Part shown: positions 56,080 to 64,000 of the stretch, one piece after another
How positions within the stretch are numbered: the stretch's first letter is position 1
Layout: every line of letters begins with the position of its first letter
Virus record (IMG/VR): IMGVR_UViG_3300027733_000030
Coordinates: 1 to 64,000 of that record
Source of the DNA: a virus
Length of the DNA: 64,000 bases
Reading direction: 5' to 3' (one strand)
Notes under the pieces: model-generated
The model's input: only the letters and a program-made list of their open reading frames with translations
What the model was told of the DNA's origin: nothing
The model's database searches: none
Program-made: the position numbers and the translations under genes

Positions 56080-58529
56080 TACTTTTTTACCTTTGCTATT
56101 AGCTCATAAGAATAAATTAATGGAGTTATATTTGTATCTTTATTTTTTATAATTTCTATTTTAACATAAATTTTATTCACAATACTGGGAACTTCAGGAC
56201 TATTTAAGTAAGCTACACCTGGAAGTTGATATGATTCAGATATATTTTTATTAAATGCAACCACTTCTGCTATACCTTGATTGTCTAATTGAACTGGAGA
56301 AATTTTTATCCAATTACTTCCATCCGCAGAAATATAATAGTTAATATTTATCTTATTCGAAAAAGTATTATCAATGCTAGTATCTGCTGACAACATTATG
56401 GTTTCCACGGGAGAGTCAAAAAGATATGGTGTAGAAACTATTTCTGCTTGATCAGCGTAAGTTTCATAGGTAACGTTTACGTCCCTTATTCCTATTGCTA
56501 GTCTTTTTGCTCTATACATTTCTGTTTGAGTTGAGATTGGAACTAATTTTTCCCAACTCCTAGAAGGACCAGTGTAAGTTATGTGTTCAAGATTTGGATT
56601 AGTGATAGTTATTTTAGTGTGATTTAAATCCCCCAAAATAAGGACATTAGTTCTTAGTATATTTGTAATAGTACCAGGTAGTGGTGCTGTTCCACCAGTG
56701 ACTCTATACTTAACGCTATCTGCACTAAGGATCTGAATTACCTCGACAGAATCAGGAGATCCTCCAAATAATTTACCAGTTCCGTTTGTTGCCGTAATGA
56801 GGGCATCTGCTTCAAGATCAGTTACATCTGTCATTCCCTGTATGGTAGCTATCCATGGGCCAGTTCCAGAGACAGAGGTTACTGTACCAGTAGTGCTTAT
56901 TGGAATACTTAATCTATTAATGAATGAAGTGACACCTTGATAGTCTTGACTAGCGTCATTTTCTGATTGAAAATATTTAGCTGGTCTGGTATCTGCATCG
57001 TTGGGTGACGGTTCAAAATTTGGTTCACCTGTCCATTCCATCCCATCGTCAGGATGATCTAGATCAGTTATCCAATTTAAGAAATATTTTTTTTCACCAT
57101 CAACATTAAAAGTTACGATATAAGCAGAATAGGTGACTGCTTTTTTCTTTAATTTCACTTTGACTGATTTAGTAATCTTTGTATTTGATTTAAATTCATT
57201 AGGCTTACTTAAGAGAGGGATTATATTATTTCTATTATATTGAATTTCCTCATAAATTTCTCTACTTAAAATATCTGGATTAAATCTAGATAATCCATAA
57301 AATGGACTATCTTTGTCTTCATTTTCAGAATAGTCAGGTTTCCAGTATACATGCTTTATGTCTATATCCTGTATCGAAGTTTGCTCAAAAGTTACTTCAA
57401 TCTTAAGTATTTTTCTTTCAGAAAATTTAATTGTAGCTTTATTGTAAAAATAGTTTTGTGCCATCTCAACAGTTAAGGGAGCAAAAGAAGATCCTATAAA
57501 GATTGACTTTTCTAAAATATTCTCTGAAGTTCCATCTTCTTTAAATAGTTTAATTTCATTAACTTTAACAAAGTTAGATGAACCAAAGTATGGAACAATG
57601 TCTATGGAATTAGCTTTAGTTGCAGTATTGGATTCCATTGATAGAGTTAATGTCAATGGTTTGGTGATATCGTAGGCAGACCAATTAGTCAATGTGCCCC
57701 TACCTTGATTGATGTCTACTGTTGAACCGGTAAGATAAGAGAATTCATTATCAGATACTCCGTTTTTATTTACGGGACCATTATTTCGATCAACATTCAA
57801 TGCCTCGTATTCAAAGTACGTTAAAGGATTCGAATCCATTACAGCACTTATGGAGCCGATTGTTGGATTGGACTCAAATATATATCTATATGCAGACGTC
57901 CCATCTGCATTATCTGCCCTAATGACTTGATGATTATTGCCCATGAATCCATTAGAAGTGGTCATACTGATTCGCGTTGGCTGCCATGAACGAGATTTAG
58001 CTATTGGAAGAGAAAAGATACCATTATATATATGTGGATTAGAATTAATCTTAACTTTATTAAAATCTACTTGGTCGGCATTATCAAATGAATCGCCTAA
58101 ATAAACTACATCGTTCGATGGACTCTTTGTATACATCTGCAAAATTTTTGCTTTTGAAGCTATTCTTTCCGCATACTTTTTTTCATTTTCTATTTCACTA
58201 GAAAATAAATTAAATGTATTAATTGTTTTAGCAACTAAATAGTCTACATGCTTTGAGATAACATTCATGTCCTTTGCTAAATCCTGAGAAAATTTATTCA
58301 ATTTAGAGGATACAGGTGGTTCACCTTTTATGTAGGGATCAAACTTACTCATTGGACCAGAAATATTTTCATATATTTCTGACAAAAGTTGATTATATTT
58401 TTCCATTCTTTCTTGATTTGTTTTAAAAGAATTTGTTTTTTCTAAAATCATAAAATCTCTAATCTTCAAAAAGATTTGATCATATGCCATTAGGTTAGAG
58501 GAGACTTGTGCCATAATATTTCCTATCAA
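56079..58529 (-). CDS. virion structural protein
   Basis: 816 aa; GEPPVSSKLN...D motif, beta-rich. Confidence 0.55.
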   Translation of the reverse strand: MIGNIMAQVSSNLMAYDQIFLKIRDFMILEKTNSFKTNQERMEKYNQLLSEIYENISGPMSKFDPYIKGEPPVSSKLNKFSQDLAKDMNVISKHVDYLVAKTINTFNLFSSEIENEKKYAERIASKAKILQMYTKSPSNDVVYLGDSFDNADQVDFNKVKINSNPHIYNGIFSLPIAKSRSWQPTRISMTTSNGFMGNNHQVIRADNADGTSAYRYIFESNPTIGSISAVMDSNPLTYFEYEALNVDRNNGPVNKNGVSDNEFSYLTGSTVDINQGRGTLTNWSAYDITKPLTLTLSMESNTATKANSIDIVPYFGSSNFVKVNEIKLFKEDGTSENILEKSIFIGSSFAPLTVEMAQNYFYNKATIKFSERKILKIEVTFEQTSIQDIDIKHVYWKPDYSENEDKDSPFYGLSRFNPDILSREIYEEIQYNRNNIIPLLSKPNEFKSNTKITKSVKVKLKKKAVTYSAYIVTFNVDGEKKYFLNWITDLDHPDDGMEWTGEPNFEPSPNDADTRPAKYFQSENDASQDYQGVTSFINRLSIPISTTGTVTSVSGTGPWIATIQGMTDVTDLEADALITATNGTGKLFGGSPDSVEVIQILSADSVKYRVTGGTAPLPGTITNILRTNVLILGDLNHTKITITNPNLEHITYTGPSRSWEKLVPISTQTEMYRAKRLAIGIRDVNVTYETYADQAEIVSTPYLFDSPVETIMLSADTSIDNTFSNKININYYISADGSNWIKISPVQLDNQGIAEVVAFNKNISESYQLPGVAYLNSPEVPSIVNKIYVKIEIIKNKDTNITPLIYSYELIAKVKK

Positions 58530-61156
58530 CTATTCTTAGCTATTGATGTTAATTTGTCATAATTCGAATCAAAAGTTGCTGTTTTGATTTTTAACAGCAC
58601 TGAGTCAGCTTTAGCGGGGATATCCAAGTGAGGGACATTCTTTCTCATTATTAATCTGAATCGTAAATTATAAGGAACATATTCATAAAAAACTTTAAAG
58701 GCGGAATTGATAACCTTATTGAAGGTAATATTTTTTCCATTTTGAATGAATAAAGTTAAGTTGGTATCATAAAATGTTGCACTATATTGAGTATTCGTAT
58801 AGTTTGTCATATTAACTGCATACGTTCCATCTGACAATAAAATTTTAACAGGACTATATCCAGTTCCTGCTCCCCTAAATGTAGTTCCTATAGTGGAGCC
58901 ATACGTACAATTGTTTAGATATGTTTCATTTATATATGGAATATATTCTAAATTAATAGACCTATTTGAATCAGTTTTAGTAAACTGCTGTCCTGGACCA
59001 GAATTATTTCCGTAGTTTTTTGTTATATCTTCATATAGATTATATTTAATAAAATCTATTTCGTATGGATTATATGTTATGGTATCTAACGTATAAGAGA
59101 CACAAAAAATACTTGAGGGTACAAAAATAGATCTATCTATTATAGATATTTTATTTGAAGTTGAATTGAATGAGTATTCAGATGGATTGCATCTTAAGCC
59201 ATCTTTATAAAGAGTAACCGATCCATTTAAGGCTCTAAATCTTAATTGTGCAGAAAAATCTGTTGTATCAAAAAATGCGATCTCAGAGTCAATTGCTGCG
59301 TCTGAGTTTAAGGCCATAGGAACCCAGTCTGATTCCATGTTTGGAGTTTCTTTGTTCGATATTGAAAGTTCATAAGATAATAAAGTATTTAAATTTAGAT
59401 TGGGCATTGCGGTACTGGTAGAACCTTTGAGTACCTCGGCGCGTCCCTTAACAGCTAATACTTGTCCATTCATAGGAATTTTTCTACTCACGAAACATGA
59501 TTTGTTTAAGCTTGATGAAGTGGATTCTAAAAATTCTATTGACTTTAAAGAAAAAATATATTCATAAGAATCTTCAGATTCCTTAGTTAAAAGATCCACT
59601 ATAGCGTCTTGCGATGTGCCAAATGATCGGGACTGTTCATAGAATTGATATTTCTGATCTGACAAATTGTTGCTACTACCCTGTAACATAGATCCCGGAT
59701 AGGCTAGTGTTTGTTGTGGATTTTTAGTCATGGATGATTCTATGAAATAATTAGAATAAATATTAGAATAATTTGTATCTAAATTGGATATTATATTATA
59801 AAAAAGATTTTTAAATATTGGAGAACCAAATAATTTATTTCTATCTTCTAAATCAATATTACTTGCTTTAAACATTTCATTAGAAATCATCTTAGAATAA
59901 TCATTAAGATCTACAGGAAACCTATAACTATAATATTCATTGTCCATATTAAAATTTTTAGATAAACCATTAACGGTATTATTTCTCTTAAAATGCCAAT
60001 AGACTAAGTCTTGCATTAAACTAAATTTTTTACTTCTCTCATTTAATCTTTCGTTAATAAATGATTGAATCATTTTTGAGTTTAATTCAGAAGTTATTGG
60101 TGTTGTTTTAGTTCTAATATAAGATGATTGATTAAATATAAATATAAATTTATTAATTATTTTTTTCTCAAAAGATATTTCTAATCTTGAATCAAGCATA
60201 CTTGGAGCTGATAATAATAGATTATATGACTCTGCGGTATTTGAATTTGAAGATGGCGTATTAGGAGGATTAAACGCAACAATCTGTAGGAGTTGTAACC
60301 CATTTCCCAAATTTGGATTTATCCTTATTGTGTCAATGTTAATAGGAGAAGTAAATTCTACTTCAACAGCTGTTTGTGCTCCGTTTATATTGCTATAATT
60401 ATAATTTAAATATTTTAAATAATTAATTATATTTGAAGTTAAAACTATTGGACTTTTAATAGTTAGATTCCAAGAATCTTTTAGATTATCATTAAATAAA
60501 TTATTAAAATCACTATCAGTAGTTATATAATTGCCATAATTTGAAACTGTCTTAATTGATTTAATATTATTAATTACATTTTTATTAGTATAATAATTCC
60601 CCATTTTAAGCATTCCGCTAACAGTATCTACGAAATAATTCCCACCGTCAACAAATGCAGTATTATCTCTGTCCGGAATAGCGAAATTAGAACCATCGTA
60701 AGAGTAATCATATAAATTATTATCAAATTTTTCAATATAATTGCTATTATATAAATCGTCCTTGCCAGAAATATATTCGTAATTATTAATAAATATTTCT
60801 AAATCATTTATATCTTTTTCAATTTTTTCTATCTCAGAAGAAAGAACATCAACTATTGAATCTAGGGCTAGGCCAGCTGAATTGGCACCTGAATATAGAT
60901 TACTTAATCGTAATGAAGAATCTCTAAATAATTCTACTAGAACTTCTTTATTTAGAGGGGTCAAGGTTCCAATAACTGAAGCTGCAAAATTATTCCCAAC
61001 AGAGAAAGCTGACAATCTACTTATTAGAGAACCAATTTCAATTTTGTCGATTTTCATGTTTTTAATTAAAGAAGTTACAGTAGTTTTGCTCAAACTAGAA
61101 AATGAATTAATTGTATCAGGTAGTTCTCTTAGCATCTCAGTTCCAACTGTTTCCAT
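58526..61156 (-). CDS. virion structural protein
   Basis: 876 aa; same architecture as its neighbours. Confidence 0.55.
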   Translation of the reverse strand: METVGTEMLRELPDTINSFSSLSKTTVTSLIKNMKIDKIEIGSLISRLSAFSVGNNFAASVIGTLTPLNKEVLVELFRDSSLRLSNLYSGANSAGLALDSIVDVLSSEIEKIEKDINDLEIFINNYEYISGKDDLYNSNYIEKFDNNLYDYSYDGSNFAIPDRDNTAFVDGGNYFVDTVSGMLKMGNYYTNKNVINNIKSIKTVSNYGNYITTDSDFNNLFNDNLKDSWNLTIKSPIVLTSNIINYLKYLNYNYSNINGAQTAVEVEFTSPINIDTIRINPNLGNGLQLLQIVAFNPPNTPSSNSNTAESYNLLLSAPSMLDSRLEISFEKKIINKFIFIFNQSSYIRTKTTPITSELNSKMIQSFINERLNERSKKFSLMQDLVYWHFKRNNTVNGLSKNFNMDNEYYSYRFPVDLNDYSKMISNEMFKASNIDLEDRNKLFGSPIFKNLFYNIISNLDTNYSNIYSNYFIESSMTKNPQQTLAYPGSMLQGSSNNLSDQKYQFYEQSRSFGTSQDAIVDLLTKESEDSYEYIFSLKSIEFLESTSSSLNKSCFVSRKIPMNGQVLAVKGRAEVLKGSTSTAMPNLNLNTLLSYELSISNKETPNMESDWVPMALNSDAAIDSEIAFFDTTDFSAQLRFRALNGSVTLYKDGLRCNPSEYSFNSTSNKISIIDRSIFVPSSIFCVSYTLDTITYNPYEIDFIKYNLYEDITKNYGNNSGPGQQFTKTDSNRSINLEYIPYINETYLNNCTYGSTIGTTFRGAGTGYSPVKILLSDGTYAVNMTNYTNTQYSATFYDTNLTLFIQNGKNITFNKVINSAFKVFYEYVPYNLRFRLIMRKNVPHLDIPAKADSVLLKIKTATFDSNYDKLTSIAKNS

Positions 61157-63857
61157 CCATGTCTTGAAGTTCGTAAGCTATACCAGCTGTCAAGCTATTG
61201 GATATAATATTATAAATTTCTTTTTGATCTACAAAATAATCTTTTACTTCTTCTGGTATTCTAATTATAACATATCCACCTTTATTATAGGCTTTGCCAT
61301 TTGGGGAATAAACATCCCAGAATGATAGTACCTCGGGGATTGCTTCTATTAACTCATGGTTTGATTTATCTATAGCTATTCCACCGCCCCTTAGTCTTAG
61401 GTCTATGGTTTCCGGGGGAATATTATATGGGTTATTGGAAACGTAAATAGTGGCTATGGGCAGGGCAAATGGGTCATATTTGGCAGATCTGCTGTCGAAA
61501 ATAGAATCATCATAAGTGAATCGGATAGGAGTATCATACAAATAATCATTAATTTTAATTAAATTATTTGTGTTATTTTCAATATTTTGTTTTTTATAGA
61601 TATTCTTTGGTATTATATAAATATATAGTGGTTGGCCATAGTATATATTGCCTGAATTTAACACAGGATTTAATGGAATTGGTTCTCCATTTATATGATT
61701 TAATAAAATATCCTTATTCACTGTTGTATAATTAACTTTGACTAATTCTGAATTTTGAGGTATAATATTTTTATTGAATTCTATTAAACCATTATAGCAA
61801 TCAATATCTTTAATGCTAGAATACGTAACTTCTACCCATTCTGAGGAAATGGATTCTCTAGTATAAATTTTAATCTGAGGCTTAATGATTCCAGCTATTG
61901 AATTTTTATTATTCGTAGGATAATTCCAAGCCAGAATTGGAGTACAATTTACTTTAATTTTATTAGCACTTAGTACTAGTGGAGTTTCATTAATAATATC
62001 TTGATATCCAAATCCAAACAATTCCGAAGACGCTGTCTTAAATTCGTTAATTGTCGTATATTGTGCTGTTAGTTCTTGACCGATATAACTAGTTTTCCAA
62101 TCACTCCATTTATTCTCGGAGGAAATAAAAATCTTCTTCCAGAAACTTCCAGTAGTTAGTGGCAGTGGCCATGCGTTGAACTTGGATAAATTATCATTCA
62201 TTTTTCCAACTTTAATAGCGGAATTAGAATTAGTTTTAACAGAATATACCGGAACTATTGTTTTCAGTGGAACATTGGTTGGCTTAAACGTTGTGTTTAA
62301 TGTTGGGCCAATATATTCATTTTTATTTTGAGTATTACCGTCTGCGTCTATTGCACAAACGCCAATAAATATATTGCTGATACCTCTAGACATAATGTCT
62401 ATATAAGTCATTTGATTTCCTAAAAATTCTTTTTCCAAAATATCATAAAAACCATAAATAAATCCGTCTTGATTTTGAGTTTGGTTTTTTACTATAAATG
62501 AACCATATCTTAAATCTATTTCTTCACTATTTATTGAAGATATTCCTGTTAATTGCGTATTAATTTCAGCAGAGGTTGGCAGTCCATACGGACCCCCATT
62601 TTGATCGCATAACAATAAAATCCCGTCATTAACATCTACTGAGTTTCTTGAATCAGAAAAAATACGACCGTCAATTGTCCTAAGTTTATATCCAGTTGCT
62701 AAAGATTTGGTAATATTAAATATTTGACTTCCGCTATAATAAATTGCTGAAGTAGTTAAGCTGTACTGATTGTTTAATTTTGTTAAAGTTACGGGGTTTC
62801 CTGTGACTGCATTTCCATCAGAGGTAACTTGAGTAATAGCCGCACTATTTAGTGTTATCGACGTTGGCGCGCTTGCAAAATTTATCATAAGATTATCAAA
62901 AGTATAAGTTGTATTATCATTTAACTTATATTGATTATTTGTAAAATTAATAGTTTTAGTTCCCTGAAAAATTTGAGGATCAGAATAGGTGATTGAAGTA
63001 ACATAAGAAGTATTCCTAGTCAGATTAGAAGTAGTATATGTCTTACTCACATCCAGCGCAGATGTTATTCCAGTGTGAGTCTCCTCAGATTCTATTGTTG
63101 CAGTTACGATAGTTTCTCGAACAGGCGTAACTACTTCATTGATTGGATCTTCGCCAGGAGATTCGACCTTGATACTGGTTCCGTAAGCTTCAATTGCTTT
63201 AATGCCAAAACCTTCGCCACTGCCGTAGTACGCGACTGATCTTCCAACAATTGATATCCACATATATTTGCAGTCTGCTGCGGGCATTCCGCCCATCTGA
63301 ATTTCAATATTGTTCTTTAATGCGTTTGCATTTATAAAATGCAGATTTGTTGCGACTATATCAGTGCTGTAAGAAGAGGACCATCCATATGCGTCAATAT
63401 TAAAATTTCTCCAAAGCGGATTATCATCGGCTTCAATAAAAATTGAATTAACAGTCTTTAATTTTAAAGTATTTATTTCAAAGAATATAATATCTCTAGC
63501 TTCACTTGGTCCACCAAATCCTGTAAAAGTAATTTTTCTATATGTCCCATCACCAATGCCAGAAGCAACAACAGCAGCCCTAGCTGCCCTCATATATTTA
63601 ATAACTTCTGGAACACCTTTTGCTTCTGCCCAAAGAATCCAATTATCAAAATTTTCGTTATTTTTCCAGAATAAAGCTAAACTCCATTTAGTTTCACTGT
63701 CAACTTTTCCATCAATATATCTTTCTTTATTGCCTTCTTGAAATGTATGTACGGCGTCCATTGTCTTAGATCCATAAAGACCATCTATTGATGCAGTATA
63801 GGAACCATAAGCAGATAAAGTATATTGTATGTATTTCACATATTCATGAGCAGCCAT
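61137..63857 (-). CDS. virion structural protein with N-terminal peptidoglycan-binding-like domain
   Basis: YIQYTL...IDGLYGSKTMDAVHTFQ...DGKVDSET. Confidence 0.6.
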   Translation of the reverse strand: MAAHEYVKYIQYTLSAYGSYTASIDGLYGSKTMDAVHTFQEGNKERYIDGKVDSETKWSLALFWKNNENFDNWILWAEAKGVPEVIKYMRAARAAVVASGIGDGTYRKITFTGFGGPSEARDIIFFEINTLKLKTVNSIFIEADDNPLWRNFNIDAYGWSSSYSTDIVATNLHFINANALKNNIEIQMGGMPAADCKYMWISIVGRSVAYYGSGEGFGIKAIEAYGTSIKVESPGEDPINEVVTPVRETIVTATIESEETHTGITSALDVSKTYTTSNLTRNTSYVTSITYSDPQIFQGTKTINFTNNQYKLNDNTTYTFDNLMINFASAPTSITLNSAAITQVTSDGNAVTGNPVTLTKLNNQYSLTTSAIYYSGSQIFNITKSLATGYKLRTIDGRIFSDSRNSVDVNDGILLLCDQNGGPYGLPTSAEINTQLTGISSINSEEIDLRYGSFIVKNQTQNQDGFIYGFYDILEKEFLGNQMTYIDIMSRGISNIFIGVCAIDADGNTQNKNEYIGPTLNTTFKPTNVPLKTIVPVYSVKTNSNSAIKVGKMNDNLSKFNAWPLPLTTGSFWKKIFISSENKWSDWKTSYIGQELTAQYTTINEFKTASSELFGFGYQDIINETPLVLSANKIKVNCTPILAWNYPTNNKNSIAGIIKPQIKIYTRESISSEWVEVTYSSIKDIDCYNGLIEFNKNIIPQNSELVKVNYTTVNKDILLNHINGEPIPLNPVLNSGNIYYGQPLYIYIIPKNIYKKQNIENNTNNLIKINDYLYDTPIRFTYDDSIFDSRSAKYDPFALPIATIYVSNNPYNIPPETIDLRLRGGGIAIDKSNHELIEAIPEVLSFWDVYSPNGKAYNKGGYVIIRIPEEVKDYFVDQKEIYNIISNSLTAGIAYELQDMDGNSWN

Positions 63858-63875
63858 TACTTATTCCAATCTAAA

Positions 63876-63998
63876 CTACGCATAGTTTTTTATCCTGTTG
63901 TAATAGAATCTATAGTCACTGGCGGCGCCGCCAAAATATCCGGTGAATGTACTGGGATTTGTTATCTTTAGGGCGTCATTTATTGACCAGACATCTTG
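63876..63998 (-). CDS. 3' end of an upstream gene (partial)
   Basis: open frame QDVWSINDALK...RIKNYA ending in TAG, running off the window edge. Confidence 0.5.
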   Translation of the reverse strand, partial: QDVWSINDALKITNPSTFTGYFGGAASDYRFYYNRIKNYA

Positions 63999-64000
63999 TT

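Noticed and set aside
63857-63878. Stop-codon recoding (TAG read-through)
   Set aside because: Genes across the window are intact in the standard code, several end in TAG, and a TAA follows in frame

Overview
A 64-kb segment of a large, AT-rich tailed bacteriophage genome, with almost all genes on the minus strand. The host is probably an actinobacterium (inference from leaderless genes, an MSMEG_6728-type protein, an r1t-type holin and the RNase HI type). From left to right: (1) 0-5.8 kb, a tailoring operon with a flavin-dependent tryptophan-halogenase homolog, three 2OG-Fe(II) oxygenases, a methyltransferase-like protein and three small paralogous proteins; (2) 5.9-13.7 kb, fibre/virion genes including a His-rich protein and a 1522-aa collagen-like tail fibre; (3) 13.7-22.7 kb, glycosyltransferases, methyltransferases, an RfbD-like reductase, a plus-strand secreted surface protein, two HiPIP-like Cys4 proteins and tRNA-Ser(GCT); (4) 23.6-28.3 kb, a lysis cassette and an operon of tiny Lys-rich proteins; (5) 28.3-51 kb, transcription, replication and nucleotide metabolism (sigma factor, DnaE, AEP primase with a PriL-like domain, DnaB-like helicase, RNase H, dNMP kinase, dCMP deaminase, ThyX, class II RNR, nucleases, a second glycosyltransferase group); (6) 51-64 kb, a holin and large virion structural proteins. 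I saw no integrase, CRISPR array, intein or reverse transcriptase. The best candidates for novelty are a putative virion-fibre modification system (His-rich and collagen fibres next to halogenase, hydroxylases and glycosyltransferases, with small partner proteins), a stand-alone leaderless 54-aa acidic protein (possible DNA mimic), tandem HiPIP-like proteins, the basic-peptide operon and a recurring TTACTAT late-promoter motif. All family assignments come from motif recognition by eye; no database searches were run.
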